NCBI GenBank assembly: GCA_050246815.1
Contig: JBFWVI010000006.1
Location: 35,420-99,419 of the forward strand
DNA: 64,000 nt
Direction of reading: 5' to 3'
Source of the DNA: Bdellovibrionales bacterium
Lineage (GTDB): Bacteria > Bdellovibrionota > Bdellovibrionia > Bdellovibrionales > UBA1609
Shown here one piece after another: positions 10,717 to 20,939 of the stretch. The number at the start of each line of letters is the position of its first letter. Position 1 is the stretch's first letter. Under the pieces are notes generated by a model. That model was not told where the DNA came from and made no database searches. It saw nothing but the letters and a program-made list of their open reading frames with translations. A program made the position numbers and the translations under genes.

Positions 10717-13700
10717 TTAGAAAGCCTCCGCCGCGTTCTTTGTTTTAATCAAAGCCTGCCCACGACGTGACAAATAATCGGTGTTGAACTTGTTGCCCGT
10801 CTTGTGCGTGAAGTTGTTGTGACTGGCCGCCAAATTGCCCAGCATCAAATTGTCCACAACACCCAAAGGCTCTAATCCTTTTGAGCTTTCAATATCCACA
10901 ACGCGAGCATTTTCATCCAAACGCACTCGGGTTTTGAACAAATCCCGAAAGGATGGATCCCTTTCAAATTCAGGAGCCTTGGCAAAAAACTCAAACAGGC
11001 GGGCTAAAATACGATTGATCGGCTTGCCATAAACGGAATATAGAGTGCTCTGAAATTCCGGTCCAGGATCAAAAATAATCACACCTTCATTGTTCAAAGT
11101 GTTAAACAAGGTGTGCCCGCCCGATAAAAGGCCCCTTAATCCACCACTTAAACCGGCGCGCTCGTACAATCGCATCATCAGGCTGCGCAGCAGGGGTTGG
11201 GCCCGCATCGTGACGGGCTCAAGTAGAAATCCTTCTAAACTTTCCACTTTCATCCGTCCATCTAGACCCATGATGGTGGCGTTTTCGACATCAAAGTCAT
11301 TCAGGTTCACCAGCTGCACGATGTCTTTGAAAATATTGGCCAGCTCGCCCGCACTGATACTTTGCGGCTTGTCGCCCTCGACGGAAATCTGCCCCATCAA
11401 GTACAGATCCACCGATGTATCCAGATAATCTTTAAAGGCACTCAATTGTGCGCCTTGCCCCTGCCACTCGGCATAGGACGCGCCGGATTGCCCGCTGAAA
11501 TGCTTCAAGCCCTGCCGGATGAAGTCTTCCTTATTTGGCATGTACTGAATCACCTCGGCTGGACTTTTCACCGACAGGTCCATGCGCTCTAACCCGTTGG
11601 GCACCAGCACCCGCACAGAGCGAGGGCGAACCAATCGAACCAACTCGGGGCCGTACACTTGGCGTTCTCGGTCCGTAACTTGGGTGAAAATATCCCCTTC
11701 GACGCGCTTTTTCACTCGCATAAAAAAGTCGTACTGGGACATGCTGTAGCCTTCTAATCGCAGATGATCAAATTTGACGGCCCTGTCAGAGAAGTGCTCT
11801 TTGTTGAGCTGCTGCAAGCGGGCGCTCTGCCCCGCCACACCTTTAACGTCATGCACGCTTTTCAACATGTCATGAATGCGGCCCAGATGGGCGCGTTCTT
11901 CTTGCACCAGGCGATACGAACGCATCATCTCCACCTTGTAGAGTTGTTTGGTGCATTCGAACATGCTTTTTCTATACTTCATGTATGTGGTAAAAAAGCG
12001 CCGTTCACGCGACTCCACTTCACGAACGATATTGCGAATATTTTCCAGATCGGGATGAGCCTCATCACGGCTCTTGATCTCACCAGTTGCCAGCATGTGG
12101 TTTTCGAGCAGGGCGATGATCGCCCGCACAAAGGTCAACTTCGGCTCAACATCATCAAAGATCGTGGCAACCGTTTGCTGTGATTCTTTGCTGTAGACTT
12201 TTTTGAGCAAATCAAAATACTTGTTGTCACCCATGCCCACGTAGGTGAACTTGCCCAAATCCAAGAGTTCAACCTCTGTCGTGGGGGCTGCGGGAACCGA
12301 GCCAAGAGGCGCCAGCTCATAGCGACAGATATTCACCAATGCGTTGAAGGACGCATGCCCCAAGACATTGCGCTCGTACTCCATGTACTTGTCTTCCAAG
12401 AAGCGCCGTTGACCCTGTAGATATTTGCCCAAGGTCAGTTCAAAAAATTTGGCACGGTCGGATTGTCCAGAGATCTTCTCGTCGACGGTGAAGGTCTCAA
12501 GCGCTTGAGTCTTCAACGCGTAATGAAAGGCGTAAAAAAGACGCTCTCGCTCTAAACGCACGATGTCCGAAGTGAAGCGGAACCAAAGGTCTTGAGTGTT
12601 GTACAGCCCATCAAAAAGATCGCTCACCACGGTTTCAGCCTGAATAGTGAACTCGGCTCCCCACCATGACTTTTCTTTGACAGTGCCTTTGTTTTTGGCC
12701 AAAAAGTACGTCATGCCGATCATGTTGGGGTAAACAGAAATGTAATGGACGTTTCGGCTGAAGCTTTTCATCAGCGCACTGGTGTCAGTGAACTCTTGGG
12801 GGATCACCGCGCGACGTTTAAAATAGGAGCTCACAAATTTATCCAGCAAGTCCAACTTGCTTTGAGTTTTCATCCAACGCGTCGACAAATCGCGACTTAC
12901 CATAATAGCTTCAGAAAAGATCGCACCGCTGGGGATCGACTTCGACTGGTAAATTCCCATCATAAAATCGATTGTTTCGATGGTGAGATGGGCCAATTGC
13001 ACGCGCATGTAGGTCCGCAGTGTCGAAAGCAATTCGGTTTGGGCGCGGCTAGCATCCGTTCGCTCCAAGATGCTCATCGCCTCACCTGAGCTTAAATGTT
13101 CATTGAACAGTCGATCCAAAATAAAAAAGTACTCATTGTAAAAACTCGACTCAACGTTTTTGAGTCGGTTGAGATCTCCGGCCATCCCCAAGTTTGAAAG
13201 AATATCGGCCCCGTTCATATGAGAGCGCCCATGCAGCTTGTTGACGATCTCGTTAAAAGAAGGAAAATCCTTGTCGCTTTCGTTTTGTGACTCTTTGATC
13301 GCGAGAAGCATGGAATCCGAAAGCTTGAACTGCGTCGCATCCTTGTATAAGCAGCACTGGGTTGCCAGATTCAACATGGCCTTTGAGCCATGTCGAAAGG
13401 TGTCGCTACGGCGGCTTGAAAAAGTCCACGGTACAAAGTTTTCGATGAACTCACGGATCTCTTTGCTATTCACGTCTTTGGGCTTAAAGCGACTGATGAG
13501 CAATTCAAACATTGAGGTGTAAGTTTCACTCATATAACCGATGTCACCACCCTGAAGCACCAAATAATCCAGCAAGCGGATGTACTTCATGAAAGCAAAA
13601 GACATCTCGGAATCGTTGAGTAGCGTGTTTTTAACCGTGTAGGCCATGGCCAAACGGCGATAGCGCAAATCGACTAGCTTGCGGCAGGCCGCACTGGCTT

Positions 13701-14292
13701 CGATGCAGGTTTTGGGCGATTTATGTGTCCTCATCTCGGCTTCAAGCTTGACGTCATCTTGAGTGGCCAATCGCACCAGAATGCGCGCACTTAATGCGTC
13801 TGTTGCAAAAAGCTTCGAATTGATACAACCACGTTTCAAGTCGACAGAGCAGCCAGCCATCATTGCGTTTTCATAGCGGCGAAACCACTCTTGTTGGGCA
13901 TTGGCGGTCAGCCCAGCCGGCTGCGTGGTCAAAGCCTTCCAAAATGCACTGTTAAAAATTCGGATGGCTTTCTCTAAACGCACCGAAATATTGGCCGGAG
14001 TGCTGATGTACTGCACATCCAGCACATAACGAGCAAGGGGCACTAAAATCGCCTGCTCCATTTCAGTTGCAGGACGCTTCAGATCTTCTTCAAACTTGTC
14101 CAGATTCAATTGCGCAAAGCTATTGCCCATCGCGCTGATCTGCTGGGGGGTGTGAAGTGTGGTCACGCCCCAGTCCTTTGCGCCCTCGTGCTCTTGGCGT
14201 TTGCGCTGTTTGGGCGAGCACGCCGCTAGAGCCACGACAAGACTTAAGAGGCTGATTTTCAAGACGATATTTTTTTGCGTCGATGTCTTCAT
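10717..14292 (-). CDS. Giant (1191 aa) predicted lipoprotein, unknown family; paralogue of 6502-9870
   Basis: The ORF track starts at 14337. I prefer ATG 14292 (MKTSTQKNIVLKISLLSLVVALAAC lipobox), preceded by AAGGAGG-N5, which removes the overlap with the upstream gene. Confidence 0.8.
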   Translation of the reverse strand: MKTSTQKNIVLKISLLSLVVALAACSPKQRKRQEHEGAKDWGVTTLHTPQQISAMGNSFAQLNLDKFEEDLKRPATEMEQAILVPLARYVLDVQYISTPANISVRLEKAIRIFNSAFWKALTTQPAGLTANAQQEWFRRYENAMMAGCSVDLKRGCINSKLFATDALSARILVRLATQDDVKLEAEMRTHKSPKTCIEASAACRKLVDLRYRRLAMAYTVKNTLLNDSEMSFAFMKYIRLLDYLVLQGGDIGYMSETYTSMFELLISRFKPKDVNSKEIREFIENFVPWTFSSRRSDTFRHGSKAMLNLATQCCLYKDATQFKLSDSMLLAIKESQNESDKDFPSFNEIVNKLHGRSHMNGADILSNLGMAGDLNRLKNVESSFYNEYFFILDRLFNEHLSSGEAMSILERTDASRAQTELLSTLRTYMRVQLAHLTIETIDFMMGIYQSKSIPSGAIFSEAIMVSRDLSTRWMKTQSKLDLLDKFVSSYFKRRAVIPQEFTDTSALMKSFSRNVHYISVYPNMIGMTYFLAKNKGTVKEKSWWGAEFTIQAETVVSDLFDGLYNTQDLWFRFTSDIVRLERERLFYAFHYALKTQALETFTVDEKISGQSDRAKFFELTLGKYLQGQRRFLEDKYMEYERNVLGHASFNALVNICRYELAPLGSVPAAPTTEVELLDLGKFTYVGMGDNKYFDLLKKVYSKESQQTVATIFDDVEPKLTFVRAIIALLENHMLATGEIKSRDEAHPDLENIRNIVREVESRERRFFTTYMKYRKSMFECTKQLYKVEMMRSYRLVQEERAHLGRIHDMLKSVHDVKGVAGQSARLQQLNKEHFSDRAVKFDHLRLEGYSMSQYDFFMRVKKRVEGDIFTQVTDRERQVYGPELVRLVRPRSVRVLVPNGLERMDLSVKSPAEVIQYMPNKEDFIRQGLKHFSGQSGASYAEWQGQGAQLSAFKDYLDTSVDLYLMGQISVEGDKPQSISAGELANIFKDIVQLVNLNDFDVENATIMGLDGRMKVESLEGFLLEPVTMRAQPLLRSLMMRLYERAGLSGGLRGLLSGGHTLFNTLNNEGVIIFDPGPEFQSTLYSVYGKPINRILARLFEFFAKAPEFERDPSFRDLFKTRVRLDENARVVDIESSKGLEPLGVVDNLMLGNLAASHNNFTHKTGNKFNTDYLSRRGQALIKTKNAAEAF

Positions 14293-14303
14293 CTTGGCCT
14301 CCT

Positions 14304-17300
14304 TTATTTGATGTACAGGTTGGTGATAGGTAGCCAAAAACCGTTCAGCATGGCGGCGGCGGCCGAGATCTGCCCCACGCCGCGCATAGACTGGTCACAA
14401 ACCACACGCATCGGCGTGTCCTTGCGGAAACCGGTCATTCGACTCGCGACAGCTTTTTCATATTTGCTAAATTCTTTTTCGATCGAGTTATAAAATTCGA
14501 TTGTTTTCTCTGTTCCCACTTCTTCCGCGATGCCGGCGGGAATATAGAAGCCCTCAAAGCCTGCTTCGACGTTGTTTTGGCCGGTCTCAGTGGTGCTAAA
14601 AAATTCGCTCAAACCCGTGCCGTTGGGGGCGCTCACACAAGTCGAAGTCACTTGTTCGTGCTTTTCTGTCAACATGGCCTTCACGGATTGTTCGGTTAAT
14701 TTGTCACCCGCCGGTGAATCGTAATCGATTTTGATCGCAATGATGTAGGCGCTGGTGTCATCCAAAAAGCGCATTTGAGTCAGCGGCACCAAGAACATGT
14801 CATTCACCCGCACCATGGCCGTGCCTTCTGGCAATAAATAAACATCACGCGCCGTGCGCGAACGCTGCAGCATCAAATCAAACATGGTTCCGGTGAAGCG
14901 CTTATAGTGATTGGCTTTGGTGCGGATATCTTGCTGCGAAGAATTGGCCGTGATCAAAACCGCGGCCAAAGTAAACTGAAATTCGGTCTGGTTTTGCATC
15001 ACGCGATTGAAGTCTGACGGCAATAGGCCGGGGTCAGAGCTCCACCAATTTTGCCGCGGCAACATCCAGCTAGAAGATAAAATGATATGACCTAGGCTAT
15101 TGCGTTCAGTTTTTTCGAGGCCTTCAAAGCGCATATTGCTTTCGACCATGTCTGAAATCGTGCGGGTGTATTCACCCGGATAAAGCGTGCGGTAAAGCGG
15201 CGATCGGCCCTCTGTGGTGTAGAACGGATTCGCCCAGCCCGGCCACATGAAAGCATAGGGTGAAGTTAAAGCGTAAAGGCTTGCGATTTTCATCGGCAAG
15301 TTGCTGAGCTGATACCACTTTCCGATCATTTGGCGATAGTCCGTGCTGACATCACCAACCAAGTAGCCGCTCATGATGTAGCGTTCGCGCGTGTCGATTT
15401 TGCTATAATCAGATTCGGGTAAGGTTAATAAAAACTTCATTTCGTTCAATGCCAACTTCGAAGCACGGCACAAATCGCGAATTCCTTCTGATTTGCGGCC
15501 ATGGCGGAACATCAACTCTTTCAGTGCTTCGTGGGCCACACCCGACTCATCCTTGGCCATGCACGATGCCGAAAATTCATACAAAGCCGCTTTGTCACGC
15601 CGAATGCGATCCCAAATCGGAACCAGTTCCCGATCCGTGCTCAAACGTAAACGCATCTCATCGTAGAATAAACGGACGCGGCCCATGATCGAAAAAGTTC
15701 GGGCCCAAAGACGCCATTCGCTGTTGTCCGCGTCAGAGCGATGACCGCCGACAAATGAATACAAATCGCTGACCAAATCATCCGTCAGCCATTCAAAATA
15801 AAAACGCACCAGTTCTTCCGCCGTGTTGCCACGATCCCAGCGATTGCAAAACGGGTCCGCACTGTAAGAAGCTTCCACGTCATTGCACTGTGGGAAGTAA
15901 CCCGTGGGTAATTTGCCTTGCTTTGTGACGGTCATGTCCGGTACGCGACCATTTTCAGGCATTTTAAAGTAGTCGAATTTGTCTGCATCCTTATTGTAGG
16001 TCGTGTATTCTTGTTTGTATAGGTAGCGCAGAACCAAACGGTCCTGGGGACCCGGCATCAAGGTTTGACTGTCCAAAGCCATCCAGGTGCGGCCGCTCAA
16101 GTAGCCCATGATGGAGCTTAGGTTGGTGAACTCATGTTCAGGATTGGCCAGTGCTGCCAATGATTTTTGAATAGCGCTTGGGACCGTGCCTTCCTCGGGC
16201 ACGATATTTTCTTTGAACTGGTGACCCAGCCCGTACATATGTCCCAATTCATGCAAAAGCAGTTTCATCATCATGCCGTCAAAGTGCTCGCGGAAGGGGC
16301 GGCGAGCGGCATTTTTACCTTCGCGTGCCATGGCTGAGCGCAATTGGGCGGCGGTCAAATCCTTATCGGGAAATGCAGAAGAGGCCTGCATGCGGTAGCC
16401 ACGCAGCCTCTTGACGCGCTCACCGCCATCTTTGGTGTCTCGCACGATGGCGCTAATCGCTGTGCGATCTTCCGCGCTCATCGAAAGCGTGCTTTCCGTA
16501 TTGCTTTTACCTTGAGTCATTCCCAGATGCTCTAAAAAGCTGCGACCGGCAAAACGTTTTTCCGTCTCGCGCTTCATTTTTTGCGCTTCCGCCATCAAAT
16601 CAGCCGCGACCTTGTTGCCAAACTTAGGATTCGACATGGCCGTCATTTGTTTGCGCAATGACTGAATCTGTTCTTCGATTTTTTTCATGTCGGGAGATCC
16701 GGTTTTGCCGCCCCCGTGCTCACTGGCTAAACGGACCATTTCACTGTTCAAGAATTCGCGACCGTGCTCATTTAATTGCTGCTGCAACACGCTTCGGTTG
16801 TTACCATTGAAGTTTTCAAATCCTTCTGGCAACCCCAATGCCGAAGGTATTCCCATCGCTTTTGCGTCGCCTGGGAAAATGCGCATTCCCGCAAGGCTGC
16901 CACTGCCGCCATGACCGGGATCATTTTCAGAATACATTTGAACCAGGCTTTCCATCAGGCCGCCAAAAACCAAAACATGGCCCCACAGGATCTTGCCGTT
17001 CTGCAAATCGGCGTGGGCATACCCCACACCAAGAGCGTTGTTTTCAGAAATGCGGCGATCGGCCACATAGGTGATGCCTGGGTAGCGCAAGTCAAAATCA
17101 TGCTTGCGAGATTGCACGATGGGCTCAAAGGCTTTTTGCCCTTTGGGCACAACACCCTCTTCTTGATAAACTTGATTCCATTTCTCAATGCCAGCGATCA
17201 ATAAATCTTGAATGGCCTTGTCTTCGGCGCCGTTGATATAAAGCTTCACGGGCTTAGACACATCCCAGTGTGCGGCGTACAGCTCTTCGGCCTGATCATG

Positions 17301-18098
17301 GCGTTTACCCATGACATGCAAGATGTTCATCAAACGCGAGTTTTCTTGGTGATAGGGTGTTTTCTGAAAATGTGGGTCATGCTCAAAACGCAAAAAATTG
17401 ACGCGCACATGGGCCTGCGCATTGGCGGCGCTAATGCGCGACCCGGTTGACAGACTCATATTCAAGGTGAAACCCAAAAAACCGCGCTGCTTGTCCCACT
17501 CAATATCGGTGGCCGTCGAGTGTGATAGGCCATCGTTCATCGACTTCGACCAGAATAAGCCGGGATCCACCAGCTGAATACCCGCCAAATTAAGCTTGAT
17601 CATGGGACGTGCTGAAAAATCACTCCGGGTGGAATTTTCAACCCACTCGTTGGTCTCGCGGCCATGTTGGTCTTTGGCGCGCTCGTAATAAAAATGACTC
17701 ACGATTGGAATGCGAACATACTCTTTCCAGTGCTGGATTTCGCTGTCTGCACCCTTTCCTTTTTTGGGTTTTTGCATGAAGGTGGGGTTGACCAAACGGC
17801 CGACCAACCAGTTTTGGTCTTTGATTTCAAACACCAAATTGCAATGGGGGGAGGCATGATCCAAATGACCGAAAAGCCATTCACCGTATTCACCCGCTTC
17901 AACTTCGGGGGCCCAGCCGCACATGAAATATTTAGGTTTTCCATCGGTTGAAAGAAAGAAGGATTTTTCGACGTTCAAAACATCCGGCACCGGGGTCTCG
18001 GTGGCGCGCTCTTTAAAGGCCTTGAAGTTGAAGATGCTTCCTTTACCTTGGCAGGCCGTCAGGGCCAAAAATGCCGTGAAGCTGACCACGAATCGCAT
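14304..18098 (-). CDS. Large zinc metalloprotease lipoprotein (met-zincin, DUF4953-like signature)
   Basis: HELGHMYGLGHQF (HExxHxxGxxH) followed by SSIMGY, a Met-turn-like element. The ORF track starts at 18218. I prefer ATG 18098, which gives MRFVVSFTAFLALTAC (lipobox). 1264 aa. Confidence 0.8.
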   Translation of the reverse strand: MRFVVSFTAFLALTACQGKGSIFNFKAFKERATETPVPDVLNVEKSFFLSTDGKPKYFMCGWAPEVEAGEYGEWLFGHLDHASPHCNLVFEIKDQNWLVGRLVNPTFMQKPKKGKGADSEIQHWKEYVRIPIVSHFYYERAKDQHGRETNEWVENSTRSDFSARPMIKLNLAGIQLVDPGLFWSKSMNDGLSHSTATDIEWDKQRGFLGFTLNMSLSTGSRISAANAQAHVRVNFLRFEHDPHFQKTPYHQENSRLMNILHVMGKRHDQAEELYAAHWDVSKPVKLYINGAEDKAIQDLLIAGIEKWNQVYQEEGVVPKGQKAFEPIVQSRKHDFDLRYPGITYVADRRISENNALGVGYAHADLQNGKILWGHVLVFGGLMESLVQMYSENDPGHGGSGSLAGMRIFPGDAKAMGIPSALGLPEGFENFNGNNRSVLQQQLNEHGREFLNSEMVRLASEHGGGKTGSPDMKKIEEQIQSLRKQMTAMSNPKFGNKVAADLMAEAQKMKRETEKRFAGRSFLEHLGMTQGKSNTESTLSMSAEDRTAISAIVRDTKDGGERVKRLRGYRMQASSAFPDKDLTAAQLRSAMAREGKNAARRPFREHFDGMMMKLLLHELGHMYGLGHQFKENIVPEEGTVPSAIQKSLAALANPEHEFTNLSSIMGYLSGRTWMALDSQTLMPGPQDRLVLRYLYKQEYTTYNKDADKFDYFKMPENGRVPDMTVTKQGKLPTGYFPQCNDVEASYSADPFCNRWDRGNTAEELVRFYFEWLTDDLVSDLYSFVGGHRSDADNSEWRLWARTFSIMGRVRLFYDEMRLRLSTDRELVPIWDRIRRDKAALYEFSASCMAKDESGVAHEALKELMFRHGRKSEGIRDLCRASKLALNEMKFLLTLPESDYSKIDTRERYIMSGYLVGDVSTDYRQMIGKWYQLSNLPMKIASLYALTSPYAFMWPGWANPFYTTEGRSPLYRTLYPGEYTRTISDMVESNMRFEGLEKTERNSLGHIILSSSWMLPRQNWWSSDPGLLPSDFNRVMQNQTEFQFTLAAVLITANSSQQDIRTKANHYKRFTGTMFDLMLQRSRTARDVYLLPEGTAMVRVNDMFLVPLTQMRFLDDTSAYIIAIKIDYDSPAGDKLTEQSVKAMLTEKHEQVTSTCVSAPNGTGLSEFFSTTETGQNNVEAGFEGFYIPAGIAEEVGTEKTIEFYNSIEKEFSKYEKAVASRMTGFRKDTPMRVVCDQSMRGVGQISAAAAMLNGFWLPITNLYIK

Positions 18099-18391
18099 AC
18101 TTACGCTTAAGCTGTTAAAACCATTTGGCTTTTTGTACACAAAGACCCTCTCTGCAAACATTGTCGATTTTACATGGTACAAATTACAGGCCATTGTCCA
18201 ACCCTGTTTTATATGCATAACTATTTGAATTTATTAATTAAAATTTGCACTCAAAGCGTCCTCATCTCACCCCCCTGTCAGCTTGGCCCCAAAAGTGACG
18301 CAAAAGGGCGCCTTTGAAGGGCAGGTTTTTTGGGGTACTTTGGCTGCTCTTTTGACCCCGCAAAACCGCTTTAGAAAGGCCTTTCAAAGTC
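18099..18391. promoter_or_regulatory. Divergent intergenic region (promoters for the protease operon and the AI-2E permease gene expected here)
   Basis: 293-nt non-coding gap between divergently oriented genes. Contains an AT-rich stretch, ataactatttgaatttattaattaaaatttgca. No individual -35/-10 assigned. Confidence 0.35.
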
Positions 18392-19444
18392 ATGAACAAA
18401 TACAGCAAATGGGCCTTGATCGGCCTGGCAACGGCGGCCTTCGTTTTGATTTTTATTCCCTTTTACTCACAGATTTTGTTGGCCGGGGTTTTTGCCTTTG
18501 CATTGGACCCGCTCTCGCGCGTGCTGGTGTCACGTCGATTTATTCAAAACTCCAAAATCAACTTTCGCCGCAAGCAGTGGGTGGCAATTATTTTGGTGGC
18601 GCTCTTTATGCTGATCACAACACCGATTTCGATCGCCTTTTATGATGTGTACGGAACCGTGAGTGAGGCCGCCACCAACGGTCTGCAAAACTCTGAATTC
18701 TATGCGGACTTAATGCGCCTGAAGGCTGCGGTGGTCCCCTATGTGGAGGACACGATTCAATCCTTCAATCTGAAGAGACAAGTCAACCTGACCACTTTGG
18801 CCGAGAATACCTTAAATGATTTGGGCAAGCGAGCCATGGCCTTTGTCGGCGCGGCACTTGGGCAACTGCCGGACTTTGTACTTTTCATTGTTGTGTTCGT
18901 CTGCGCTCTTTACTTTTTCTTGGCTGAGAATCGCCACCTGCGTGCGGCCCTGGTGCAAAGTAAAGCCATTACCCCACAAGAGCTGGATCGTATCATCTTG
19001 ATCTTTCAAAAGGCCTGTTCTTCCACAATTCTGGCTTCGGTGATCACAGGTCTGGTGCAAGCTTCGATCGTGGCGATTGGAAGCGCGATTTTAAAGACCG
19101 GCGATTTCTTTTTGATCTTTGTGGTCACCTTCTTTTTGTCATTTGTTCCGGTCATTGGCGCGGCCCCCGTGGCGCTGCTGTTGTGTCTGTTGGCTTTGGT
19201 GAAGGCCTCTTACGGCACTGCCGTGGGTTTTGCCATTTTGGCTGTTATCACGGGCAGTATCGACAATGTGCTACGCCCCTATTTGGTGAGTGGCGATGAT
19301 GACGTTCATCCCATCCTGGTCTTGCTGGGGCTGCTGGGCGCCATCACAATTTTTGGACTGCCGGGGCTGTTTTTAGGACCCGTGATCACCTCGGTTACCG
19401 TGCAGCTTTACAAGGAGTACGCACTGGGAACACCTGACGTTTAA
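18392..19444 (+). CDS. AI-2E family (PerM/YhhT-like) membrane transporter
   Basis: 350 aa polytopic membrane protein. C-terminal GSIDNVLRPYLVSG motif is typical of the family. Confidence 0.8.
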   Translation: MNKYSKWALIGLATAAFVLIFIPFYSQILLAGVFAFALDPLSRVLVSRRFIQNSKINFRRKQWVAIILVALFMLITTPISIAFYDVYGTVSEAATNGLQNSEFYADLMRLKAAVVPYVEDTIQSFNLKRQVNLTTLAENTLNDLGKRAMAFVGAALGQLPDFVLFIVVFVCALYFFLAENRHLRAALVQSKAITPQELDRIILIFQKACSSTILASVITGLVQASIVAIGSAILKTGDFFLIFVVTFFLSFVPVIGAAPVALLLCLLALVKASYGTAVGFAILAVITGSIDNVLRPYLVSGDDDVHPILVLLGLLGAITIFGLPGLFLGPVITSVTVQLYKEYALGTPDV

Positions 19445-19505
19445 GCCACAAGACTTAGATCCGGTTGGCCTGGCCAAAACACCGCGAATCAGGTTTAATT
19501 TTCTT

Positions 19506-19973
19506 ATGACCAAAACCATTCGAGCCTCGTTGTTGTTCGCGATTTCTTTGTCGGCCCTTCAAGCTTTGGCGTTCAACCCCGATAAGTGCGGCGAACTCTT
19601 TCCGAAATCCGGTGAAACGCATCGACCCTATTTGGCACCCATCTATTCTTCGACCATCGCACCGTCGGTGACCTCGTATTTTTCGTCTTTCGGCAAGTGC
19701 GCCATGTACAATTCAAAAATTTCCATTCAGCGCAAGAAATTCATCAAAGCCAGCTATGATCACCTCAGCACCGAAGCGGCTCAAGGCCAAGGTGAGTACG
19801 TGGCCGCGCTCGCAAGTTTGAGCGGCTGCCCATCGGAATCCCATGCGGCGTTCTCGCACGGACTTCAGCGCCAATACAGTCAAGTTTTTGCTCGTGGCGC
19901 AGACGGCTTGGACCAACAAGTCGACGCCATGATTCAAGACGATTCTTGGCTGGCTTTAAGCTGCCGCCAGTAG
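19506..19973 (+). CDS. Small secreted protein, DUF3015-like
   Basis: 155 aa. Signal peptide MTKTIRASLLFAISLSALQALA. The C-terminal LSTEAAQGQGEYVAALASLSGC...F...Q..YSQVF pattern matches my recollection of DUF3015. Confidence 0.6.
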   Translation: MTKTIRASLLFAISLSALQALAFNPDKCGELFPKSGETHRPYLAPIYSSTIAPSVTSYFSSFGKCAMYNSKISIQRKKFIKASYDHLSTEAAQGQGEYVAALASLSGCPSESHAAFSHGLQRQYSQVFARGADGLDQQVDAMIQDDSWLALSCRQ

Positions 19974-20030
19974 CTTAGCTTCGGCCCACCTCTTGCTTTG
20001 TTCACACCACGTGACCTTCAGGGGCGTTAA

Positions 20031-20939
20031 ATGGCATTGCACCACCTAAAAGTTGCCTTGTTTTGTCTGCAGCTTCTGCTTTGTGGCACAGCTCGCGCCG
20101 CGGGTCCGATTTGCAATGGCGAACTGAAACCCGGCGAATCGCGCGATTACTGCGGTCACAAAGCCAGCACAACCGGTGTTTGGCCCTGCTACAGGCTGAC
20201 GCGAAATGCTCAAAATCCAAAACAATACACCGCCTTACTTACACTGCGCTTCAATTACCTGGAATCTCACTGCCGCGGTAACCAGGAGTGCGAGTATGGA
20301 GATGCCAACCACTTGATGCAAAAAATGACGGACCCAAAAAAAATTGTCCAGATGGATCGTGATTATCGAGCCTTTGTGCAAGGCTGCTATGACGACGCCA
20401 ACCCCTTTTTGAATGGACCCAACTATGAAAATCTAAAGCTGACACTTGGTGCTCCGATGGCAGCTCACGCCGGCGCCCCACCTGTGCGCGAAGTCAACGT
20501 TTACGATTACGCCGTGGACCGTGAGTCCGACGACACTTGGAGCCCACTTGGTGAGATGTCTTGCGCCACCGTGATGCACGAAACCATGCACATCCTGGGA
20601 CTGGTGGACGAGTATGAGGAAGCAGAAGGCCACTACCTAAATAAGAAAGGCCAGCGCACCCATCGCGAGACGGACACATGGCGTTCCATTTACAGCTGCC
20701 GCAGTCTTGGCCCTGAAAGCTCGATCATGTCGAATCCCTTCGCGGGTGATGACATCGAGGAGGACCCCTCCGGAACGACGGCAATTTTCGCCGCGCAGTT
20801 TCGTGAAATTGTTTACCATGATTGCCCCGAACTCAATCGCGTCTACCGTTCGTGCGCCCGCAATGCCTACCGTGGCGCCGGCCACTGCCTAAAGGTCGAC
20901 CCCATTTGCAAAGCACCGGATTTCAAATGGCTGGAGTGA
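20031..20939 (+). CDS. Secreted Cys-rich zinc metalloprotease, HExxHxxGxxD type (snapalysin-like motif)
   Basis: 302 aa. Signal peptide ...LLLCGTARA. VMHETMHILGLVDEYE, with ESSIMSNPF as a possible Met-turn. Many Cys residues. Confidence 0.7.
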   Translation: MALHHLKVALFCLQLLLCGTARAAGPICNGELKPGESRDYCGHKASTTGVWPCYRLTRNAQNPKQYTALLTLRFNYLESHCRGNQECEYGDANHLMQKMTDPKKIVQMDRDYRAFVQGCYDDANPFLNGPNYENLKLTLGAPMAAHAGAPPVREVNVYDYAVDRESDDTWSPLGEMSCATVMHETMHILGLVDEYEEAEGHYLNKKGQRTHRETDTWRSIYSCRSLGPESSIMSNPFAGDDIEEDPSGTTAIFAAQFREIVYHDCPELNRVYRSCARNAYRGAGHCLKVDPICKAPDFKWLE

